Under the pieces are notes generated by a model that saw only the letters and a list, made by a program, of their open reading frames with translations, had not been told where the DNA came from and ran no database searches. A stretch of 26,510 nucleotides of DNA from Verrucomicrobiota bacterium (GTDB lineage: Bacteria > Verrucomicrobiota > Verrucomicrobiia > Limisphaerales > CANJXF01). The position numbers and the translations under genes are program-made. The stretch is from NCBI GenBank assembly GCA_038214755.1, contig JBBQRQ010000070.1, positions 1 to 26,510 on the forward strand, given 5' to 3'. Position 1 is the stretch's first letter. Each line of letters starts with the position of its first letter. Positions 17,454 to 26,510 of this stretch are shown piece by piece.

Positions 17454-17879
17454 ACGTAACTATGCACCGTTGCCGCTGTCATCCACGATGAGAGATTTGT
17501 AGCGCGTGGCGCAAGACCATCCAGGTTTTTGCCGAGCGCCAAGCCCGTCGGCGGATGATATGATCTTTTCCTGGCTGCTGCGCTGTTCGGCGCACCCTCC
17601 TTGTGGCGGCTGTATTCATCGCAAGCTGGCTCGGCGAAAATTCGCGGCGTGTCATTACTCAACCCGCAAGCGCGATTCGCACTCCATGAAACCAGTTGAC
17701 GAAGTTGACCCAATAGATTTGCGCTTGGTTCGCAGTTGCGAGGTTGATTCACCATACCGGCGCGCCCAAACTTTGCATGGGGGATTTTTTATCATTGTAG
17801 TTATTTTTTCCCTGCCGTATCAAATTCCGTCCCGCTCGAAGCCGGAGGAATTGAGTGTGCCAGCGGGCAAATTTTTTTA

Positions 17880-20800
17880 GTGAAAAGGCGAACGATTTTA
17901 AAGGGATTACTTTTGGCTGCTTCACTGGCTTGTTTGTTTTTTTCGCTTCAGGCTGAGGCGGACGCCGGCTCCGCTTTGCGTTTCAATGGCACCAACAGTT
18001 ATGTGTCCGTTCCGCACGCTCCCGCTCTCAACGCTTTTCCACTGACCATCACCGCGTGGGTCAAAACTTTGCGCAATACGAATCTCGTGGATGGAATCGT
18101 CAGCAAATATTTTGACGCCTCGTTCAACGGATACTCTCTCAATCTCCGCAACGGAAATCTCTACGCCTGGTATCTGCGCAGTGGCGGCAGCGTGGTGGTA
18201 AATCCTTTCGGTCTCGATGGCGGGTTCATTGCCGATGGCCACTGGCACCAGATTGCTTTTGTGGTCAGCGCGACCAGCGGGCAGTTGTATGTCGATGGCA
18301 ATCTGCGGAACAGCGTCAACTGGACTGGCACTCCCGGCCCGCCCACTGGAACCGAGCCGCTCCAATTTGGTCGCTACCACAATTATGGAAATACATTTGA
18401 AGGCGAGATGGACGAAGTCACGCTTTGGAACCGTGCGTTGGCTGCGAGTGAAATTAATTATCTCAAACATCGCAGGCTCGGCGGCACGGAGGATGGTTTG
18501 CTCGGTTACTGGCGATTCGATGAAGGCGCTGGAACCGTGGCGTCAAACACGGCCACGAATGATTTCCACGGCGCGTTGCTCAACAGCCCCGCGTGGGTCA
18601 CGTCGCACGCGGCGATTGCACTGGAACCGGTCGCCGCAAATTGTCTCAAGTTCGATGGCGTCAATGGCTACGTTCAAGTTGCTCACAACGCCGATCTCAA
18701 TGCGTATCCGTTAACGGCTTCGGCGTGGTTTCGCACCACGAACACCAACAACGTGGTGCAAGGCGTGGTCAGCAAATACGCCGACGCCAGCGGAAATGGT
18801 TGGACGGTCGTGGTGCAGAATGGACGGTTGCGCGCTTTCTATCTTCGTTCGTTTTCCAACAGTGCGCTGGACGTGACTTCGGCTGCTTCGGTGGCGGATG
18901 GCGGATGGCATCATGCCGCCTTGGTGGTGGATGCTTCGGGCGGCAAACTTTTTCTGGACGGTGTGCTGGCGGGGTCAAACCCGTGGTCTGGTCCTGCGGG
19001 CGCGGTGACGGGAACAGAGCCATTGCAAATCGGCAGGTATCACACTTATCCAAATCGTTTTGTCGGCGCGATTGATGAAGTGGCAGTGTGGAATCGCGCG
19101 TTGACCGCCAGCGAAATTTTATCGCTGAAAAATCTTTTGCTCTCGGGCGTTGAAGCGAACCTCGTTGCCTACTGGCGGCTCGACGAAGGAACTGGCGCGA
19201 CGACGGCCGACCTCAGCCTCGGACATACCGGCACGCTCGTCAGCAATCCGGCGTGGACAGGTTCCACCGCGTATCTCGGTGATGGCAGTGTTCACCTCGT
19301 CGCTGCGTCGAGCATTCCGAATTTCACGCGGCAATACGCCATCAACACTGCACCGGGAAAAAATTCCTTCACGATTACTGGGCGCGGTTTCCTCCGGCGA
19401 TTTTATGATTTCGGTCCAGCGCCCGCATCGGTCGCGCTCGTTACTTTGCTCAGCGCAAATTTGAATACGGGCAGCACCCCTGTTCCAACGAAACCAAACA
19501 CTGTCACGAACAGTTTCAGCATGACGGCTTACAACGCCTCGTCACCGCAGCCACTTTTCTTTGGCAGCGTTGCCTCACTCTCCTCCACGATCAATCTTGA
19601 GCCCGACGGCGTGCAGCTTGATTCGATCAATAATCTTTACGAAGGAATCGAAACGTTGACTCACACGGAAAACGGCGGTGCTCTCATCAACGACGGATCG
19701 GATTCCACTGGAGCCGCGCGGCTGCTCCATTTCAACGGCACGATTTTTTTCGGCCCGGTCGCGACGGTGATGACGAACATCGCCAACACGCCGACGCCGG
19801 GAAATCTTTTTCCGCCCAATTATATTCAATCGCCGATTCAACTCAGCGCGAACGGAGGTTACGTCGCGGCTTATCCCGCAGTAAAATTTGGCGGCGGCGC
19901 AGCCTTCACCGTCAACCTCGGCACCGACGGCACGGCCACCAATGTCAACGGCTCGTTCAGCCTTTCATCCGCGGGACAATTTTTTGAATCGGCGGGCATT
20001 CGTTACCAATTGCCGGGAGCGACACTCAGCCCCGCTGGAATCACCGCGACGAGTTTGCTCGCGTGGTTTCCCACCGGTTTTGGCATGACCCTCAACACGA
20101 ACAATCGCGCCATGCTGCCGTACGCGACGAAAACTAATATTGTTCTCGACGGAAATCTTTTGCCGAACACGAACAATCTCGTTTTCACCGCCGCTTCCTA
20201 TACGACGAACCGACTTTATTTCTCCGAGGAAACCAAACCGTTGCTCATCGGCGCGACGCAAATCGAATGGCACATTCCGCAGGGAGAATTTTATATTTCG
20301 CAGGCGGACTCCGTGACGTTCGTGCGCGAACAGGAGGACGCCGATCTTTTTTCGCAAGCGCCGAATCTCGTCAATCCGTTGGCGGCGGATCGCGTTTCCA
20401 ATGACAGTTATTATCGCCACGTCATCGCCACGGCGGGGACGCCGATTTACGTTCGCCCGAATGCGAAGGGCGCGGCGTGGCTGACGATGCAGGCGACATT
20501 GCAGGAAAGTGAATTCCGTCCGCACTTCCCCTACATGAACCGCAACATCGGCGGACATATTCCCGTGGTCGGCGGGACATTCATCGTTTCAAACGACATC
20601 GTCACCGCCGCGAGCCATTTGCTTTTGGCGGGTCCTGCGCCGATGCCTTACGCGCGCGATTGCGGCGTGGATTCGTGCAGTGGCGCGGCGTCGATTGCAG
20701 CACAAGTATTGAATTTCACCGCGCTGCCCGGCGAATTTGGTTTGGGTCAACTGAACTTCACGCCGGACGGCGGCTTGCTCGCTTACGGCACCATTCCGGC

Positions 20801-23800
20801 GGCAAATCTGACGTGGGGTTTTATCGGCGGGACTCAATATGCGCAACGAACCAGCGACGTGTCTGACGGCGCAATTTATTTTTCCGGCACGTTCCTCCGC
20901 GCTGAGGATTTCTCGAACGAACAGGATGCGCGTCGGCCTGTGCGGATGTTGCTGACGGGTTACGGAAACAGCAGCAACGATGTCAATTATGTCGAACGTC
21001 CCGACCAAGCCAACTACGCCGATGGTTTTGCAAATTATGCCGGACTGAATTTTCGCGCACCCGCGCAAGGAAGAAGTGTTATCGCTGGCACGGACACCGG
21101 TTTATATCCACTCACGGCGCGTTCCAAATATTATGTCCGCTTCGGCGGCGTCAGCGGGATTCACGAGTCGGCGAGTTTCCCGGCGAATCTCACCCTCTAC
21201 GGTTATCCCTTCACGTTTCAAAGTTATCGCCTCTCTTTCCTCAGCAGTGAAAACGAAGAATCGCGCACCGACGGTGTCATCACGTTGCCCGTTCCTTCCG
21301 GCTTTCCGGTCGAGTTCGAGCGGATGAAATTTTTGTGTCGCGGCAATCTCGACTCCGCGCGCCTCCCCGCCAACATCGGCATGAAACATTTGGTTTATTG
21401 GAACACCGATCTCAAATTGCTGAGTCTGCAATTCAAACCGCGCACCAACAACGCGTGCAGTTTGACGGAACGTTATCTCGTGTTGGGCGTCGAAACCAAA
21501 TTGCCATTCATCCCGCAGGCATTTCACACCGCGCTCGCCATCAAATCGAATGGAAATATCGCGCCTGCCTCACAAGGTGTCGAAGGGGTCGATTCGCGTT
21601 TCGCCGTTCCCGCGAATCTCCAACTGCAAGGGCCCGGCGGAAGTTTTTATCCGATCACGACGGCGGGCGACGGCTATTTCAACAACTGGGAAACCGCCGG
21701 TCGTCCTTCGTCGGGTTTTTATAGTTTGGTCGGACGCATCCGCGTGCCGTTTTTCCGCGACATCAAAACACAATTCCACGTCACGCCGACCAGCCCGACG
21801 ACGGCGCAAGTCAACTTGATGGGCGGGTGGGCGGCGGAAGAAGGACTGGGCGCAAATCGCGGCTGGAACAACGGCACGAATAATTATTTCAACACCGCGA
21901 AGTTTGATTTGAATCACGAAGGCTGGCCTGTCGGTGTCTCGATTGCCAATTATCGGAATTCGCCCGACGAACAATTCCGCCAGCGCGCGCAACAAAACTG
22001 GATTGACGTGGCGACCTTCGATTATCCGCTGACGTGGAACGCGGTGTTGCGCGAGTTCTCCGGATTTACGCCTGCAAAAGTAATTCTGCCGGTGATCGAC
22101 GTGGACAGTAACCTCAAAGAAATTTCTCCGGGCAAAGTAGATTTGGATTTCGCGCAGGACATCAGCCTCAACCTGCCGCGCATCAAAGTTTTGGATTTTG
22201 CCAACGATGCGTTGAACGAACTCAACGCGCCGATCAACACCATTTCCAACGCCATTCGTGAAGCAATCAGCGGCGCGATCAACACGAGCGGATTGACCAG
22301 CGGTTTTCGCAGTTTGCAAAATGTCATGCGCGAAAACGCGGAAGGATTATTTCGTCCGGTCCTGGAAACCGCGCTGACCGACCCGGCCAACAACGTGGTG
22401 GATAAAATCTATCTCGCGCTTTCCAATTCGCTGGCGGTGAGCGGCAAAACCGCATTGCTCGCGCAAACACCGGGCATCGTCAACTCGGCGGGAAATGGAT
22501 TGCAGACGGCGATGATGAATCTCAACGGCACGGCCGGAGATGCGGCCAGACTTTTTGGCAAGCTCGACGGCACGCTCAAAGATGCGGATGACACGCTCGG
22601 CCTTTTCATTCGCGTGCTCCAAAAAGATGGCAGCGGCAAACGCAACGTGGTGCGCGCGATTATTCAGAAGCTGACGCAAGATCAGGGGCCTGTGCTCGGT
22701 TTCGCCGCAAGCCTCGGTGGCGATGTCGTGGACGGTTTGCTCGGCAATCTTGAACCGACGCTGGCGAAAATCGAAAGTGAATTGGTGCAATTGCGCGCGG
22801 AGTTTGGCAAGGTTCGTTCGCAAATCACCGTGGGCGATTTCGCCAGTTCACTCAACGCCGTCAATCACACTGGAACGACATTGACTAGTTATCTGCAATT
22901 GGCGGGCAGCAGCATGTCGAATTTGTTGTCGGCAACGGTTGGTCCCGCCGGAGATTATTTCACGGTTGATCCGGCGCGGGCGAAACGGGAAATTCGCGAG
23001 CGGCTCACGATTGCTTTTCTGAGTTCGTCGTTGTCGGCGAATTATCAAACGTCTTTCCGCCAATTTCTTTACGACAAAAATTTTCTACTGACCCAGTTGA
23101 CCGACGTTCTGTTCGATCAAGTCAATCGTTCGATCCGCGACGGGCTGAGTTCGCAAATTGCCGGGGCCAAGGATGGTTTGTTTCAAGGAATGAAAGGCGC
23201 GGGCGCGATGAGCGGTTCGTTGCTCTCGGCCAAGATTCGCGGCGCGCCGACGTTCGAAGGCGATTCGCTGCGCCGGATTCATCTCGATTCGGAAATCAAA
23301 ATGAATCTGCCGGACGAGATGAAGTTCATGGCCTACCTGGACATCAAGGAACTCAACTCGCAATCGACGGCATTGAGTTGCATTCCCGATGGTGCGCCCG
23401 CCGCAGAGGTGACGCTCGGCGCAAAGGATATTCCACTGGATTGGCTCGGCGTCTCGGGTGGCGGGCCGCTCTCGCTGAACGTGGAGGCGCGCTGGACGTT
23501 GCAAAGTAGCGCGGTCATCGGCATCGGCGGGTCGTTTGAAGTGATCGGAAAAGTCGGATTCAAAGGATGCAGCATCAATAATTTTGGGGCGTCGCTCGCC
23601 ATCGGGCAGTTCGAAAATTATTTCGCGGCCAAAGCCGGGGCCACGGTCACCATCATCGCCATCCCGGTGGATTTTAACGTCGGAATTTTTGCGGGGCACG
23701 CCTGCTCGATTGAGCCGCTGAAATTTATTGATCCCGAAGCGGCCGAAGTTTTGATCGAGAACATCACCGAGTTCACCGGGGTTTACCTCCAGTTCGGCGC

Positions 23801-24146
23801 GCGGGTTTCTCTCTCGGATATTCTTTTTGGCACATCGAGTTGCCTGCTCGATGTCACCGTAAGTGTGAATGACGCGCTCTATTATCAAGGCGGCCCGCGC
23901 TTCGGCATCATTGGCGGGCGGGAAAAAATGGGAATCAGCGCGGACTTGATTTGCATCATCAGCGCCGAAGGTTCCTATGCGAGCGGCTACCGATTGGACA
24001 CGGAAGGAAAATTGACACTCGCTGGTAAAGTGCGGCTCTGCGGAAAAATTGGCGCGTGTCCGTTCTGCCTGAAAGCCTGCGGGTCGGTGGGAATCAAGGG
24101 CAGCATTGGCCTGGGTGGAATTGATTACTCGATTGATACGGACTGA
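17880..24146 (+). CDS. Giant secreted protein with two N-terminal LamG/concanavalin-like domains and ~1600 aa of unknown function, 2088 aa
   Basis: Signal peptide; two copies of L.FxG...YV.V....LNAxPLT..AW...DG.WH..A.V....L.xDG...F.G..DEV..WNRAL...EI...L..YWRxDEG.G; long open frame with consistent codon usage. Confidence 0.9.
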   Translation: MKRRTILKGLLLAASLACLFFSLQAEADAGSALRFNGTNSYVSVPHAPALNAFPLTITAWVKTLRNTNLVDGIVSKYFDASFNGYSLNLRNGNLYAWYLRSGGSVVVNPFGLDGGFIADGHWHQIAFVVSATSGQLYVDGNLRNSVNWTGTPGPPTGTEPLQFGRYHNYGNTFEGEMDEVTLWNRALAASEINYLKHRRLGGTEDGLLGYWRFDEGAGTVASNTATNDFHGALLNSPAWVTSHAAIALEPVAANCLKFDGVNGYVQVAHNADLNAYPLTASAWFRTTNTNNVVQGVVSKYADASGNGWTVVVQNGRLRAFYLRSFSNSALDVTSAASVADGGWHHAALVVDASGGKLFLDGVLAGSNPWSGPAGAVTGTEPLQIGRYHTYPNRFVGAIDEVAVWNRALTASEILSLKNLLLSGVEANLVAYWRLDEGTGATTADLSLGHTGTLVSNPAWTGSTAYLGDGSVHLVAASSIPNFTRQYAINTAPGKNSFTITGRGFLRRFYDFGPAPASVALVTLLSANLNTGSTPVPTKPNTVTNSFSMTAYNASSPQPLFFGSVASLSSTINLEPDGVQLDSINNLYEGIETLTHTENGGALINDGSDSTGAARLLHFNGTIFFGPVATVMTNIANTPTPGNLFPPNYIQSPIQLSANGGYVAAYPAVKFGGGAAFTVNLGTDGTATNVNGSFSLSSAGQFFESAGIRYQLPGATLSPAGITATSLLAWFPTGFGMTLNTNNRAMLPYATKTNIVLDGNLLPNTNNLVFTAASYTTNRLYFSEETKPLLIGATQIEWHIPQGEFYISQADSVTFVREQEDADLFSQAPNLVNPLAADRVSNDSYYRHVIATAGTPIYVRPNAKGAAWLTMQATLQESEFRPHFPYMNRNIGGHIPVVGGTFIVSNDIVTAASHLLLAGPAPMPYARDCGVDSCSGAASIAAQVLNFTALPGEFGLGQLNFTPDGGLLAYGTIPAANLTWGFIGGTQYAQRTSDVSDGAIYFSGTFLRAEDFSNEQDARRPVRMLLTGYGNSSNDVNYVERPDQANYADGFANYAGLNFRAPAQGRSVIAGTDTGLYPLTARSKYYVRFGGVSGIHESASFPANLTLYGYPFTFQSYRLSFLSSENEESRTDGVITLPVPSGFPVEFERMKFLCRGNLDSARLPANIGMKHLVYWNTDLKLLSLQFKPRTNNACSLTERYLVLGVETKLPFIPQAFHTALAIKSNGNIAPASQGVEGVDSRFAVPANLQLQGPGGSFYPITTAGDGYFNNWETAGRPSSGFYSLVGRIRVPFFRDIKTQFHVTPTSPTTAQVNLMGGWAAEEGLGANRGWNNGTNNYFNTAKFDLNHEGWPVGVSIANYRNSPDEQFRQRAQQNWIDVATFDYPLTWNAVLREFSGFTPAKVILPVIDVDSNLKEISPGKVDLDFAQDISLNLPRIKVLDFANDALNELNAPINTISNAIREAISGAINTSGLTSGFRSLQNVMRENAEGLFRPVLETALTDPANNVVDKIYLALSNSLAVSGKTALLAQTPGIVNSAGNGLQTAMMNLNGTAGDAARLFGKLDGTLKDADDTLGLFIRVLQKDGSGKRNVVRAIIQKLTQDQGPVLGFAASLGGDVVDGLLGNLEPTLAKIESELVQLRAEFGKVRSQITVGDFASSLNAVNHTGTTLTSYLQLAGSSMSNLLSATVGPAGDYFTVDPARAKREIRERLTIAFLSSSLSANYQTSFRQFLYDKNFLLTQLTDVLFDQVNRSIRDGLSSQIAGAKDGLFQGMKGAGAMSGSLLSAKIRGAPTFEGDSLRRIHLDSEIKMNLPDEMKFMAYLDIKELNSQSTALSCIPDGAPAAEVTLGAKDIPLDWLGVSGGGPLSLNVEARWTLQSSAVIGIGGSFEVIGKVGFKGCSINNFGASLAIGQFENYFAAKAGATVTIIAIPVDFNVGIFAGHACSIEPLKFIDPEAAEVLIENITEFTGVYLQFGARVSLSDILFGTSSCLLDVTVSVNDALYYQGGPRFGIIGGREKMGISADLICIISAEGSYASGYRLDTEGKLTLAGKVRLCGKIGACPFCLKACGSVGIKGSIGLGGIDYSIDTD

Positions 24147-24148
24147 TA

Positions 24149-24341
24149 AAAATCCGAAAACCGAAATCCGAATGCCGAAAGAAATCCGAAATTTGAAATC
24201 CGAAATCCCAAGCGAACACAACGGAGCGCGGACGTTCTCGTCCGCGTGTGTGGCGATGTTTCTACATGGTGCGTTCCCTCTACAAACTCGCGGACGAGAA
24301 CGTCCGCGCTCCGTTCGGATTTCGGATTTCGGATTTCGGAT
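24149..24341. repeat. Composite repeat: degenerate (CCGAAAT)n, a 27-bp inverted repeat and (TTCGGAT)4
   Basis: aacggagcgcggacgttctcgtccgcg (24220-24246) / cgcggacgagaacgtccgcgctccgtt (24289-24315) are perfect reverse complements; four exact TTCGGAT units at 24314-24341 mirror the upstream heptamers. Confidence 0.9.
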
Positions 24342-26510
24342 TTGGTTCGCGTTTCTAATCTCATTGCTCGTCACTTCCGCTTTCGCCCAAACTCCCCTCT
24401 CAAATCTTGTCTATGCCGTCGGCACCACCGTCCGCGACAATTTAAATCAAGATTGGTCTTACGTTCTGCTCGACACCTCCGAGCCGCAAATCATCGCGGG
24501 CAAACGCTTCGCGGTTTATGGAAAGCCTGGCACTCCGACGAACGCGGGCGCATTTACTTTGCGCGGAAATCTTGTTCGCGAAACCGACGTTGCCGCCATC
24601 AACACCAAGCTCAATCAATCCGTGGTTCTCGGGCAGAATCTCTCGTCACTCAACAACGCACTCGCCATGGCCGTTGGCACCAACGTCCTCGGAGTGCTGC
24701 GCCATGTTCCCGGCATTACCAGCCAAACCCTCGCGCAGAAAGTGGCCATCGCTTTTCAAATGGCGACGACGAATCCATCCATCGCGGAACAACTTTTATT
24801 GCTCGGCCAGGGCAATCCCGGTTTGAATATTTGCGCGGGTCGCGCTTTTTCGGAAGTGATCGGCTCGGTCACGACTTACGAAATTCGCGAGATCGATCCG
24901 ATCACGGGGAGCGCGGGAAATGTGGTGGGTCGCGTGACGCTCGTTCCCAATGCGCCGGTCGTGATGCCTGCGCCGGGCAAACCATTTCAAGTCGTCAGCA
25001 ATCAAACGAGCGAACATCTGCTCATTCGATTGCGCTGGGGGACGCCGCCGGAATTGCGGCGGCTTTCGATTTTAAATGTGGGTTTCAATTTATGGCGCAT
25101 TCCGCGCGCGCTGGCGGAGGCGGGTAATTTCCACATCACTCCGCCGACCACCGCGCAACTTTCCGCCAATGCGAATTTTGCCCGCGCCAATCGCGCCACG
25201 GTTTTCGCCACGATGGAATACAACACCGGCACCAGCGCAGGCGCGGCCGATGATCCCGCTGATCGCATCAACTATTTCTTCTCCGACAGCGGACGCGGCT
25301 CCGGTTCACCGCCGTTCAATGATGGCCAGGAGTTTTATTATTTTGTGACCGCGCGCGATCTGCTTGGTCGCGACGGGTTGGTGTCGCCGGGTGGATTGGC
25401 GCGCGCGTGTCGCCGCCTGACGCCCAAGCAACCGACCAACGTGCGTGTGGTAAACACCGTCCTGCCCGGCACGACGAACCTGCCGCGTCTTGAAGTCACC
25501 TGGATTCAAAACACAAACGCCGCCGACCTCGTCACGCACTATTGGATTTATCGCTGGCCGAATCCGACAATGGCGCTGACCAACGACGCGACACCGCTGA
25601 ACTTCCGCGTTGGTGTCGTGACAAATCTCCCCGGCACAAACCAAAATTCATTCATCGACACTGGCGCGGGCGCGATGACCAACGCCAATATCAGCAACGT
25701 TTGGTTCACCGTTCGCGCGGTGAGTCAGGCCGCGTGTGATCCATTGCTCTCGCCCCACGCCGGGCCGGCTTGGGGAGTTCTTCGTCAGCGCGACGCGCCC
25801 GCAGCGGCGACGGGTTCAGTAGTTGGAAGTTGCGGAACGCCCGTCGTGATGTTCCAAAAATTTGCGACGAACATCATTCCGGTGGACACACAGAATTGGA
25901 ATTTTCGTTTAACGTGCGTGCGCCGCGATCCCGGCATTGCGTGGGTGAAATTTACCATCGTCAACTTGGCTTCGGTCGTTGAGACGATTGGGCCGGTTTA
26001 TTTCCCGCCCGATGGCGACACCGCGCAGATCGATTATTTGCAACCCGCTGCCGTCACCAACGCGCCGGGTCAATTGATCATCAGTTGCACGGTCGGCACG
26101 TTCTACGATCAAGTTTCCGGCGCGGCGAATGCCACGATCACGACGCCGTTTCCATTCACGCAACAACGCGAGGCGATTTTTTTCGCGGGACAATTGCTGT
26201 CCACGGCGCTGAGTTCGAGCGACCCACTGCTCTCGGTCGTCAATGTTGGGCAGAGCGTGTGCATCAGTCCTTTCAGCGTCGTGCCGGATGCGAGCGGAAT
26301 GGTGGCTTTGCAATTTGATATTAATATCAATTTCGGCGGAGGAGTTTTGATTCAAGCCCTGACGAATAACACCTGGTACGACGTGGCCGTCGTTTCTCCT
26401 GATCCGAACAACGTCTATTGGGTTTCTTTTCCCGGCTGTTTGATTGGGCCAGTTCCACCCTTTCGCGGATGCAGTGTGAATCTTCCGGTCGATGCGAATT
26501 GCGATCAACA
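24172..26510 (+). CDS. Large secreted protein with fibronectin-type-III-like domains (partial, >779 aa, runs off the window; absent from the ORF track)
   Basis: Frame 1 is open from ATG 24172 (alternative ATG 24256) to the window end; signal peptide FRIWFAFLISLLVTSAFA|Q; FN3-like YYFVTARDLLGRDG, PTNVRV...LEVTW...HYWIYRW...FIDTG...WFTVRAVS. Confidence 0.88.
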   Translation, partial: MPKEIRNLKSEIPSEHNGARTFSSACVAMFLHGAFPLQTRGRERPRSVRISDFGFRIWFAFLISLLVTSAFAQTPLSNLVYAVGTTVRDNLNQDWSYVLLDTSEPQIIAGKRFAVYGKPGTPTNAGAFTLRGNLVRETDVAAINTKLNQSVVLGQNLSSLNNALAMAVGTNVLGVLRHVPGITSQTLAQKVAIAFQMATTNPSIAEQLLLLGQGNPGLNICAGRAFSEVIGSVTTYEIREIDPITGSAGNVVGRVTLVPNAPVVMPAPGKPFQVVSNQTSEHLLIRLRWGTPPELRRLSILNVGFNLWRIPRALAEAGNFHITPPTTAQLSANANFARANRATVFATMEYNTGTSAGAADDPADRINYFFSDSGRGSGSPPFNDGQEFYYFVTARDLLGRDGLVSPGGLARACRRLTPKQPTNVRVVNTVLPGTTNLPRLEVTWIQNTNAADLVTHYWIYRWPNPTMALTNDATPLNFRVGVVTNLPGTNQNSFIDTGAGAMTNANISNVWFTVRAVSQAACDPLLSPHAGPAWGVLRQRDAPAAATGSVVGSCGTPVVMFQKFATNIIPVDTQNWNFRLTCVRRDPGIAWVKFTIVNLASVVETIGPVYFPPDGDTAQIDYLQPAAVTNAPGQLIISCTVGTFYDQVSGAANATITTPFPFTQQREAIFFAGQLLSTALSSSDPLLSVVNVGQSVCISPFSVVPDASGMVALQFDININFGGGVLIQALTNNTWYDVAVVSPDPNNVYWVSFPGCLIGPVPPFRGCSVNLPVDANCDQ

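Noticed and set aside
17500..17700. Possible ABC-permease C-terminal relic (TLLVAAVFIASWL..RR...AIR)
   Set aside because: Similarity is too short and degenerate to support without a search
24149..24341. Possible CRISPR array
   Set aside because: Heptamer tandem repeats and one inverted pair; no repeat-spacer periodicity and no cas genes
23085..24374. 429-aa minus-strand ORF
   Set aside because: Antisense shadow of the 2088-aa gene; its N-terminus is just translated heptamer repeat (IRNPKSEIR)
24246..25127. 293-aa plus-strand ORF and other short ORFs from 24.2 to 26.5 kb
   Set aside because: Off-frame or antisense to the real frame-1 ORF, which has a signal peptide and FN3-like motifs

Overview
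GC-rich bacterial DNA. The gene families, C-terminal '...W...FYR' domains, REP-like palindromes and 7-mer repeats suggest Verrucomicrobiota (Pedosphaera/Limisphaerales-like; inference). From left to right: (1) a palindromic repeat, a frameshifted gene relic and an IS1634 remnant; (2) a P1B-4 heavy-metal ATPase carrying an in-frame palindromic repeat; (3) a minus-strand block of five secreted-protein genes (phage-fibre-like trimer with a C-terminal chaperone-type domain, Asp-box beta-propeller, M43-like zinc protease, small Gly-rich partner, WWQWA-family protein), lying downstream of an ECF sigma factor and a WD40 Ser/Thr kinase split by one in-frame TAA; (4) gene relics, a cupredoxin-like/Ig protein and an IS91-oriIS-like end; (5) two very large secreted proteins, a 2088-aa LamGx2 protein and an FN3-type protein missed by the ORF track that runs off the window. 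The strongest new signals are an identical GTAAC-N14-GCTTAGGTA promoter-like motif upstream of both the kinase and the secreted-protein operon (a candidate ECF/kinase regulon), and a shared ~50-aa C-terminal 'beta-helix stub' on two unrelated secreted enzymes. Repeat DNA is also built into coding sequence. All family assignments come from motif recognition, not database searches.
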